IMG/VR virus record: IMGVR_UViG_3300048834_000123
Span: 1-27,489 of that record
Direction: 5' to 3' (one strand)
DNA: 27,489 nucleotides
Origin: a virus
Taxonomy: Duplodnaviria; Caudoviricetes
Part shown: in pieces, positions 17,501-25,600 of the stretch
Layout of the letters: the number at the start of each line of letters is the position of its first letter
How positions within the stretch are numbered: position 1 is the stretch's first letter
Made by a program: the position numbers and the translations under genes
The notes under the pieces: model-generated
Told to the model about the DNA's origin: nothing
What the model saw: the letters and a program-made list of their open reading frames with translations, nothing else
Databases searched by the model: none

Positions 17501-20500
17501 GCGAGCAGAGCGAGCAGGTACTGCAGCAGCTCCACAGCCTGATGCCTTCCAGCTCGACAGCTATACCGAAGAAGAGCTAGCTACTCAGGCCGCCGCTAAG
17601 GTCGAGGCAGACGCCAAGGCTGCCGCCGACGCCAAGGCTATCACCGACAAGGCGCAAGCTGACCGCGACCGCAACGATTTCACCCTGTCCGGCTCGGATC
17701 GCCCTGTCGACGTGGCCGCCTCGCGCGGGCAGAACGATTTGTTCGGCCCAAAGACCAGGGGCGAGCGCAAAGATGACCAGTCAGGCGCCGCGGCTCCCAA
17801 GTCAAATGAGTCCGCCGCCCAGCGCTTTATCATAGCGCCTGACGGCTCTACCGATTTCGGCGAAATCACCAGTGACATGGCCAAGGCCGCAGGCCGGCAG
17901 GCGGGGAAGATTCGCCTGCAGCAGGGCAATGAGTCGTGGGGCTTGCAGCATATCGAGCAGCGGCATGGCGCTGAGATACGCGACGCCGGGTTTGCTGATG
18001 TTCCGGCTTTTGTCGCTGATATTGCGCAGCATATCGACCAGGTGTGGAAGCCAGCCGCGACTCGGCAGCTGGTTGCACTGCACAAGGTCGGCAACAACCG
18101 CATGATGTTTGTCGAGTTGCAGCCTGGCAAGGATGAGGCGGGTGACTTCTACACCGTAAATACGGCGTTCACATCACGAAAGGCAGAGAAGAAGGGGTGG
18201 AAGCTGCTTTGGGAAGCCCGGGCCCAGGCTTCTGGCGAATCCGGCAATCGCCCCTCGTTTGCTGTATCTCCCCCAATTGCCGGGGGGGAGGTCACGAACC
18301 CATCGAGCCAAAGTAGCGAGCCGAGTATAGCACCCCCCGTTGATGACAAGCCTGCCGCTAAGCCGAAAGCCAAGCCAGCAGCCAAGCCAGACGCCAAGGT
18401 CGAGGACGTTGGCGACCAGCTGAAATTCAACAAGAAGGGCATGTTCCGTAGCGGCGGCTTGAAGTGGAGCGACATTGCCAGCGAGAACGATGCGCTGAAG
18501 GTGAAGCTGGCCGGCAAGGAAAAGATTTGGGCGCGCCCAAATTGGGAGCAAATCATCGAGGCGCAGCCGGCAGACCGGCGCGACGGTTTCCGCATGGCTG
18601 CGTACCTGACCAAGCAGGTGTATGACGCCCTGCCGAAGCAGGCACCGGTTAAAACTGATGAAGGCATTCAGCAGTATATCGATGCGGTCACCGAGCTTAG
18701 GACTGCTGCCGAAGCATTCCTGAGCGACAGCGATGCACTTGCCAGTGTGCTGAATGGCCTGTCACAGAAGGCGGCCAGCCGCATGTCTGGCAGCTTTAGC
18801 ATTCTCGATATGCAGGCCAGCAACAAGATCAGCACGGCACCCCTGTTTGCGGCGCTGTTCCCCGAGCAGGCTGCCGGCAAGCGCTTTGAGCGCGGCACGC
18901 CGGCCAATACCAAAGGCCAGATGATCGGCAGCAAGGCCATCAAGGCGATGCAGTGGGGTACGGATGACGCCGTAAAAGCCATGAAGGCGATCAAGGCCGG
19001 ATGGCCAGCCAAGCAAGAGGCCTGGGAGAAGCAGGGCTATGCCGTGCACCTGCTTGATACAGCGCTGACGGGCCGCTACTTCGGCATGGATGACGGCAAG
19101 ATTGCCGCACACCTGCTGCTGGGCGGTCGCTCCACGGACGAGCTGGGTATTTTCGACACACGGCAAAAGGCAGAAGCCGCCGTTGAGGCCAAGTCGAAAG
19201 AGTTGGTTGGCCAGTTCATGGTGCTGGATAAGCGCAAGCGGATGCTGGGCGCATTCGTGACCGAAGTCGAGGCCACCGACTTTGCCAGGGCGCAGGTGGC
19301 GCGCAAGGCAGAGCCCGAGCAGCAGGCCGCCGAGCAAACCAGCGATAACTGGGATGCCCGCACTGGCGAGCAGCGCCGGCCAGAAAATAAGGACGTTTCC
19401 CCGGAAGAGCTGATGGAGGCCTTCGGCTTCCGTGGTGTGAACTTCGGTAACTGGGTGAAGCAGGGCGAGCGCCGCCGGCACCTGAATGCAGCATACGATG
19501 CCTTTGCCGACCTGGCCGACCTGCTGAACATTCCGCCCAAGGCCATAAGCCTGAACGGTATGTTGGGCGTCGCCTTCGGGGCGCAGGGTGGCGGAAAGTT
19601 TGCTGCGCATTTTGTGCCTGGCGTGAACGAAATCAACATCACCAAGACGCGCGGAGCTGGCTCGCTGGCGCATGAGTGGGCGCACGCGCTCGATCACTAC
19701 TTCGGTACCCAGGCTGGCCTGGCCCGCAGCACCAACCCGTTTGCCTCAACTCTGCAGGGCATGAGCAAGTATTCACGCGGCAAGCTGGAGAACGTGCAAC
19801 TGCGTCCGGAAGTCGAGCAGGCGTTCAACAACATCGTGGATGTGATGCGCTCGCGCGTTGAAACGCCTGCCGAGGTAGTGAAGCGCCGCCAGGATGCGCT
19901 GCAGAAGGCCAAGGAGGGTGCTCAGGTTGTAGCCGACCGGCTGCGCCCACAACTGGAAGGCAATGCCGAGGCCCTTAAAGCGCTGGATGCCGTGATGGAT
20001 GGCGAGGCAGGCGAGTATGTGAACCTTCCGATTCCGAATGGCAAGCGCAAGCCGATTGGTGCGATCCCCGAGAACATCAAGACGGTGTATGACTCCCTAA
20101 GCTACAGCTCGCAGGAAGCCTACGACAAGTCCTATCAGCTGCATCGCGTGGCCCTGGCCAAGGAGCAGCTGGGCATGGACATGATGGCGCGCTCGGTGCA
20201 TACGCAGTTCTACCGCAACAGCCTGGTGCTGGACGGGAAGAAGACGCCGTACTGGTCGACCCAGTGGGAAATGTTCGCCCGCGGCTTTGAAAGCTGGGTG
20301 ATGGATGCGCTGGCGCTGCGTGGCACGGCCAACAGCTACCTGGTTGGCGAGGGCAAGGCTGACGAGGCGCAGGCAGATGACTCGCCGTACCCGCGCGGCA
20401 GTGAGCGTGCACTGCTGAATGATGCCTTCGGCAAGCTGGCGGCGGAGATTAAGTACCGCCAGGAAGAAGACGGCAACGTGCCGCTATTCTCCCGCGGGCT

Positions 20501-22604
20501 TGCTGGTGGTGCTGCCTTCAGCTTCGGTCGGGGTGATGTACCCGGAGCGGCAGGTACCGTCATTGAGCATGATGCAATAAAACTTATCGCTGAACGTATC
20601 GGTGTCCAGATCGGGATCGGTGCCCCTGTCATCACTTACCGCAACGAGGCTGAGCTTTTTTCGGCAGTACCGGCGATAGCCAAGCAGGCCGAGAAGGATG
20701 GCGCCAAGAATCAAGTAAATGCCGTCTACTACAAGGGTGAAGTCCATGTCGTGACCAGTGCCTTTTCGCGGGCTGCGGATGTTGAGATGGCCATTCTGGA
20801 CGCACTGGCGCATGAGGGGCAAGGACACTATGGTATTCGCGCCATGCACGGCAATGACGCCAAGGCAGTGGATGCGGCGCTGCGTGAGGTGTTTGCGGCC
20901 ATCGGCGGTGTGGCCGGGGTGAAGCGCCTGGCCGCCAAGAATGGCCTTGATCTGAGCCTGTACCTGAAAACCGCCGAGGGCATGAGTGAGCGCCAGCGGG
21001 CAGGCTTTCTGGCAGACGAGCTGCTGGCGCACCTGCAGGGCCAGGCAGCTACTGCCGGCCTGAGCCAGCGGGCCATGGCTGCCATCAAGGCGTACCTGGG
21101 CGCGGTGCGCGAATGGTTGCGCGGGCATGGCTTCCCCAATCTGGCCAAGGGCACTGATGCCGATATCGCTCTGCTGCTCAAGCGCATGCGCGAGGCAGCA
21201 CAGCGCAAGCCTACCGGGCGCGGGCTGGCTGCGCGGTTCAGCCGAGCAATGGCCGCCATCGGCAACAACGGCGACTTCGACAAGACAAAACCGAACATAA
21301 ACTACCGCATCAATTCAGGCTCTGCTGCTGGTATTCCACCATTCAGCGCCAAGGCTTTGGCCAAGAAGCTGAACGCAGTCACCAGCAACAAGATCGTCGC
21401 CGTTGCCACGGAGAGCGAGCTGCCTGCGCACATCTACGAGCAGATCAAGCGCGACAAAATGCTGGGCCGGGTTGCCGGGCTTCACGATAGCGAGACAGGC
21501 CTGTCCTACCTCATTGCTGCGAACGTCCGCGACACCAAGCACGCCATCGAAGTCATGCTGCATGAGGCCGTGGGGCATGGCGGCGTCAAGGCGGTGCTGG
21601 GCGACAAGCTCAACATGGTCATGCGCAGCATCTACCGCGACATGCCAGCAGCAGCCCGCGCAGAGCTGGAGCGCCGCTACAGGGATCAGCTCGCCAACAA
21701 GACCAAGGCAGAGGCCGAGGTCATCGTTGCCGAAGAGTACGTTGCGCACATGGCTGAGACAGATCCAAGCAACAGTCTGCTCGACAGGATTGTGGCTCTG
21801 GTGCGCAAGGTCATCCGCGATATGTTCGGCGAAGCCCAGTCGCTCAAGTGGACGCGCAAGGACATTGTTCAGCTGCTGGCCGAGGCGAAGCGCGACGTTG
21901 CTACTGACGGTCGCGGCCCAAGAGGCGGAGGAAAGAGCTACCGCGAAAGCCGCCAGTTTGACAGCTCGCCAGCACTGGCAGATGTCGGCGAGGTGAGCGA
22001 GGCGGAGTTTGTCGCAAGCCTCAACGAGCAGTCTGCAGCCGCGATTGCGAAGTCAATGTATCGCGCTCGCGGCACTGACTCGCCATTCTTCAAGAAGTGG
22101 TTCGGCAGCAGCCGTATGGTTGACAAGCAGGGCCGGCCGGTTGCCTTCGTTCATCGCAGCTACGGCGAGCGCGACACCTTCCGCGATGCCGATCTTGGCG
22201 GCAACACCGGCACCCCGACGGCGGCGCTCGGGCACTACCTGGCCCGCAAGGACGTAGGTAACGTGGAGCGTTACGGCCCAGTGACCGAGCAGTTCTTCAT
22301 CCGCATGGAGAAGCCGAAGGTCATCACCCAGGTGCAGTTTGAAGCGATGGGCGACTGGTCAGTCGAGAAGGTCAAGCAGTACCGGGCAGACGCCATGAAG
22401 GCAGGGCATGACGGCCTGTACATTCAGGGCCTGGCCTGGCCGGTGGTGTTTGAGGGCAGGAACATCAAGGCAGTGCGCAACCAAGGCACGTTCGATGCGA
22501 CAGATCGTGCCCGGTACGTCGTGAGCGATGCAACGCGAGCGGCCTATGAAGCGCGTTCGCGTGCTCGACCGCAGCGACGTACTCGACATGCTCGGGTACG
22601 GTGA
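14562..22604 (+). CDS. Large polyvalent (injected) protein, N-terminal part: Gly-rich membrane segment, ddrB-like ParB, PBECR-like RNase, LPD5/LPD1, two further zincin-like domains, ART-like domain
   Basis: ATG at 14562 follows GGAGGT. Motifs: LQNRDR..AIAGNGR (~16272-16600); GKIRL..GLQHIEQRH (~17900); FGFRGVNFGNW..HEWAH (19671)..EMFAR..YPRG; HEGQGH (20811); HEAVGH (21561); FKKWFGSS..VH (~22090). Confidence 0.8.
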   Translation: MAGPWDDYGQSNDSGGEPWKDYGDSSPAPKTDGAFKRGWNKAKQNLAITSDLALGDTTGAAQTVGEANRYAQANPGMQEGAELMQAWEAGDGISGGIAEVGREFGRDWDDAPNIKEGVKATGRNIQAMGEGIAEQTANMIAPLTGMVTGGIAGAKTGGTIGAIGGPKGAAVGGVVGGLVGAWGGASIGNAAIEGGGITQEAIHEAGIDPNDLESVKAYLDENSSTLLKQASIKGGIIGAVDTATAGIAGRLLNGPARAASSRILASMGVDAGDKAAVKAAQESPAFAQMLAQDTAYQASRQGAEKIARNVAAAAIDPAGEFAGEYIGSGIALDDWDAKNAALEAFSSIGQSGVMFAGQKAYQAATGLGRTQSPLIQPQPSAENPAPAPVPAPDPNAGAISRTAAMLPGPSIAGMLPAPDPVFFADSQGNVSDQGPERNVDREYRPTGREKAPRDFGPGMDQQTERGGSVLEGELIQKIQQAKAPQTLSITDQRADALIVDSDGNAVKGKLPTTKPKDYVQGGRGMDQQFSGKKFSGLPAANNAIRNSPNPGSLTAVKVGPHTFEIQAKPVLQNRDRSTPASITQMRGIAARPDYQRVSISRDFANGAPVVEPGASVPASHKGRAEVVSTASGRKISTQYAVIEAADLLPSHDINGSQNAGYESGVKGKSRAIAGNGRVTGISHAYTQGTAAEYRRALEADAAGHGISVNAIKGMKQPVLVRIMPQDQITQDIGDESNTATVSALSGAEQASNDAKRIDTASMQFDANGEITEATVRQFIQSMPEAERGALLDGGRPSRQAYDRAASAVFATAYESDELIRLQAQATDPEARTVLSGLLAAAAKMSRLKGHGQWDIRGLVVEAAQAAVNATRNGQTLASYTQQLDIERNPEANYFIDLFATNSRSAKRIGDELSAVAELFYAEASKADTDMFGAVPRRSRQDLLKGATDANANRQSASAQTTRDEGGAGSAASSRDARDVERAERAGTAAAPQPDAFQLDSYTEEELATQAAAKVEADAKAAADAKAITDKAQADRDRNDFTLSGSDRPVDVAASRGQNDLFGPKTRGERKDDQSGAAAPKSNESAAQRFIIAPDGSTDFGEITSDMAKAAGRQAGKIRLQQGNESWGLQHIEQRHGAEIRDAGFADVPAFVADIAQHIDQVWKPAATRQLVALHKVGNNRMMFVELQPGKDEAGDFYTVNTAFTSRKAEKKGWKLLWEARAQASGESGNRPSFAVSPPIAGGEVTNPSSQSSEPSIAPPVDDKPAAKPKAKPAAKPDAKVEDVGDQLKFNKKGMFRSGGLKWSDIASENDALKVKLAGKEKIWARPNWEQIIEAQPADRRDGFRMAAYLTKQVYDALPKQAPVKTDEGIQQYIDAVTELRTAAEAFLSDSDALASVLNGLSQKAASRMSGSFSILDMQASNKISTAPLFAALFPEQAAGKRFERGTPANTKGQMIGSKAIKAMQWGTDDAVKAMKAIKAGWPAKQEAWEKQGYAVHLLDTALTGRYFGMDDGKIAAHLLLGGRSTDELGIFDTRQKAEAAVEAKSKELVGQFMVLDKRKRMLGAFVTEVEATDFARAQVARKAEPEQQAAEQTSDNWDARTGEQRRPENKDVSPEELMEAFGFRGVNFGNWVKQGERRRHLNAAYDAFADLADLLNIPPKAISLNGMLGVAFGAQGGGKFAAHFVPGVNEINITKTRGAGSLAHEWAHALDHYFGTQAGLARSTNPFASTLQGMSKYSRGKLENVQLRPEVEQAFNNIVDVMRSRVETPAEVVKRRQDALQKAKEGAQVVADRLRPQLEGNAEALKALDAVMDGEAGEYVNLPIPNGKRKPIGAIPENIKTVYDSLSYSSQEAYDKSYQLHRVALAKEQLGMDMMARSVHTQFYRNSLVLDGKKTPYWSTQWEMFARGFESWVMDALALRGTANSYLVGEGKADEAQADDSPYPRGSERALLNDAFGKLAAEIKYRQEEDGNVPLFSRGLAGGAAFSFGRGDVPGAAGTVIEHDAIKLIAERIGVQIGIGAPVITYRNEAELFSAVPAIAKQAEKDGAKNQVNAVYYKGEVHVVTSAFSRAADVEMAILDALAHEGQGHYGIRAMHGNDAKAVDAALREVFAAIGGVAGVKRLAAKNGLDLSLYLKTAEGMSERQRAGFLADELLAHLQGQAATAGLSQRAMAAIKAYLGAVREWLRGHGFPNLAKGTDADIALLLKRMREAAQRKPTGRGLAARFSRAMAAIGNNGDFDKTKPNINYRINSGSAAGIPPFSAKALAKKLNAVTSNKIVAVATESELPAHIYEQIKRDKMLGRVAGLHDSETGLSYLIAANVRDTKHAIEVMLHEAVGHGGVKAVLGDKLNMVMRSIYRDMPAAARAELERRYRDQLANKTKAEAEVIVAEEYVAHMAETDPSNSLLDRIVALVRKVIRDMFGEAQSLKWTRKDIVQLLAEAKRDVATDGRGPRGGGKSYRESRQFDSSPALADVGEVSEAEFVASLNEQSAAAIAKSMYRARGTDSPFFKKWFGSSRMVDKQGRPVAFVHRSYGERDTFRDADLGGNTGTPTAALGHYLARKDVGNVERYGPVTEQFFIRMEKPKVITQVQFEAMGDWSVEKVKQYRADAMKAGHDGLYIQGLAWPVVFEGRNIKAVRNQGTFDATDRARYVVSDATRAAYEARSRARPQRRTRHARVR
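17404..17580 (+). CDS. Candidate overprinted 58-aa protein in the +1 frame of the polyvalent gene
   Basis: AAAGGAG at 17391-17397 lies 6 nt before the ATG. Product: MPTPTVNPQVRKLLGTKEGQDLLRQAGTRETLSEQSEQVLQQLHSLMPSSSTAIPKKS*. Confidence 0.5.
   Translation: MPTPTVNPQVRKLLGTKEGQDLLRQAGTRETLSEQSEQVLQQLHSLMPSSSTAIPKKS
18203..18317 (-). ncRNA. Candidate multibranched antisense RNA after the first PBECR-like domain
   Basis: A closing stem (18203-18212/18308-18317) encloses three hairpins. An extended -10 element, TGCTATACT, lies on the - strand at 18332-18324. Confidence 0.45.
21255..21280 (+). repeat. 26-bp direct repeat, copy 1 (AIGNNGDFD)
   Basis: GCCATCGGCAACAACGGCGACTTCGA is identical to 23527-23552. 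Confidence 0.9.
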
Positions 22605-25600
22605 CTACGAAGTCGTCCTGGCAGAAGGTCATGGCGTTGATGATGGGCGCTTCAACCATCCACAGTTCACTGCCGCAGATTGGAAGAAGGTTCCTGACTG
22701 GCTGGAAAATCCAGTCGCCGTGTTCAAGTACGATGGCAAATTGACGGTAATCGCCCCTGAAACTAAAAACGGGAAGCCGATACTCATTGCGGTTGAGCCG
22801 GCAGCGGGCGCGTCTGGCGGAAAATTTGGGCAGAAACTCCACGTCCTAATCACGGCCTATGACAAGGATAAGGGCCGCTTGCCGATGGAGCGCATGGTTG
22901 AACAGGGCGATTTGCTGTTCGTTGACCATAAAAAAACCCCTGATTTCAACCTTAGCACGAAGCACAAATTGCCAAGAAGCTGGGTAGAAACCAAGGGCTA
23001 CAAAACAAAGGTATACACAGGCGCTGATTTATTCAAGTACCGCAAGGCGGAAGGCTCAAACGGCACCCGCTACAGCGTCAACAGCCAAACCGACACCCCC
23101 GCCTTCAAGCGGTGGTTCGGTGACAGCAAGGTAGTCGATGCTGACGGCAAGCCGCTGGTGGTTTATCACGGGACGAATGCTGACATCGAGAGCTTTGATG
23201 CGGCCTTTCAGGGCGCCAGCGGCCAAGGCTCTGGGGAGCCCGGTTTCTTCTTCGATTCCAATTCGGATAACGCATCACGGTACGTTCGCGGCAACCGGGA
23301 CGGCGGCAATCTTATTCCGGTTTACTTGTCCTTGAAGAATCCGCTTATCGTCGATCGAGCGAGTACCAAGTATGGCTACGACGGTGGGTACAGTCGCGTA
23401 GCCTTTGCCAACTTCATTGACGACGCGCTTGAGGCTGGCAACGACGGCGTGATCTTTCGCGACGTGCTTGATCGCGGCACACGAAGCACGCAGTACGTCG
23501 CCTTCCGCCCCGAGCAGATCAAGTCTGCCATCGGCAACAACGGCGACTTCGATCCGAGTAACCCTGATATTCGCTACAGCCTGAATGACGACGCCGCCAC
23601 CGCCGACGCACTGCGCAAACTGGGCCTGGGCGGAAAGGACGCCGATGGCATCATCCAGCAGATCCGCAGCATGACGCTCGGCGGCCTGAAGTCGAAGCTG
23701 TCCGAGTGGGCGACTCGCTCTGAGGAAGGTATCTTCGATGGCCTGGCGGGGATCAAGCGCGCCGAAGAAGCTGTAGGCGTTACCGATGCGGACAACCAAG
23801 GTTACGTTTCTGCACGCATGGCGACCGGCATTGCGGACGTTATGCATGGTGTCCTGCATTATGCGGCACCTGAATGGCGTGATGGCGTTATCGCAGGCAA
23901 GGCCGACACCCGTGGCGTGCTGGAGATACTAAGTGACCTGGGCCAGGACAATCTTACCCCGTGGCTTGCTTGGCTGGGTGGCAAGCGCGCACAGATGCTC
24001 AAGGCACAGGGGCGCGAGAACAACCTGACCGATGCCGACATTGCCGAACTGCTCGCCATGGGCAAGGGCAAGGAAGCCCTGTTCGAGAAGGTTTACCGGG
24101 ACTACGCCAAGACCAACGAGGCGGTGCTGGATCTGGCCGAGCAGGCCGGGCTTATTGACCCGCAAGCCCGGGCGAAGTGGGCGACCGAGTATTACGTCCC
24201 GTTCTACCGCCAGACCGAGGATGATGGGCTATTCACCGGGCCGCGCTCGAAGAAAGGCCTGTCCCACCAGACGGCGGCAATCAAAGCGCTGAAGGGCGGC
24301 GCGCTGCCAACCAATGACCTGCTGAGCAACATGCTGGCCGGCTGGACCAAGCGCATCGATGCCGCGATGAAGAACAAGGCGTTGCTTGAGGTCGTAGGCA
24401 ACCTGCGGGACAGCGAGTACCTGACCGACGAAAGCCCGCGCTATCAGCAGGTACTGATTTCTCGCAGCCAGATTGCCCAGCAGATCCGCAAGGACCGCAA
24501 GGCATTGGCCATGGCCGCCGATATGCTGGGCCTGCCAGAGGGTAGCAAGTTCCTCAAGGTGGTAAACCAGCTGATGAAGCCGGAGAACGAAGGCTTTGAG
24601 AAGCTGTGGACTAAGGTTGCGCCGACCGACCCGGACATTATTCGTGTGCAGCGTGACGGCAAGAGCGAGTATTACCGCGTCAACGACGACAGCCTGCTGC
24701 GCGGCCTGAAGTTCATCGAGGGTAGTGTGTTCAATGACCCGATCACCCGCATCGGCCGGACGTTCAAGCGTTTGCTGACTACAGGTGTTACGGCATCGCC
24801 TGACTTCATCCTGCGCAACTTCATTCGTGACGCGGCGCACGCCTGGATGATCAACAAGGATGGCTTTGTCCTGGGCAAGGACTCGATCAAGGGCATGCGT
24901 GACGCCCTGCGCGAAGATCAGGACTACCGCGACCTGATGTTTGCCGGAGGCAGCTTCCAGGGTGGCTATGTTCACGGCACTGACCCGGACGCCTCGGCGC
25001 AGATCATTCGCCGGGCCCTGGAGAAGAAGGGCTTTACCAAGCAGCAGCGCGAGGCCTACCTGGGCAGCCTGGTTAATACGCCAGCCAAGGCGGCCGCCAT
25101 GCTAGGCAAGGGCTGGCAGTCCTACCGCACCCTGGGCGACAAGGTGGAAAACTCCAACCGCCTGAGCACCTACAAGGCAGCTCTGGCCGCTGGCAAGTCG
25201 AAGCGCCAGGCAGCGTATGAGGCCAAAGACCTGATGGACTATGCACTTCGGGGCAACTTTGCCGCGGCGCAGTGGTTCACCGACGTGGTGCCGTTCCTCA
25301 ACGCGCGCCTGCAGGGCCTGTATAAGCTCGGCCGCGCAATGAAGGGTGACAACACGCTACTGGCCAAGGAAGTCGCAATGAAAGGCGCCTATATCGCGCT
25401 GTTTTCCCTGCTGCTGGCCGGGATCAATGACGACGACGAGCGCTATCAGGAGCTGATGGACTGGGACAAGGATATGCACTGGCACATTTTCTTGGGCGAC
25501 CAGCACTTCCGCATTCCCAAGCCGTTCGAGCTGGGCATCATCTTCGGTACCGTGCCGGAGCGCCTGTTGCACGCACTGACCGGCACGCAGGATGGCGGCG

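Noticed and set aside
17773-17835. Second short +1-frame ORF (20 aa) in the polyvalent linker
   Set aside because: It has no clear RBS and is too short to support.
18762-19697. Long antisense ORFs (311 aa here; also 3887-4813, 8571-9491, 24229-24975)
   Set aside because: These are shadow frames expected opposite GC-rich genes and show no recognisable motifs.
22929-22940. A7 run followed by a hairpin as a -1 ribosomal frameshift site
   Set aside because: The phase does not give X XXY YYZ and there is no spacer before the stem. Wobble pairs favour the - strand, where the run is a terminator U-tract.
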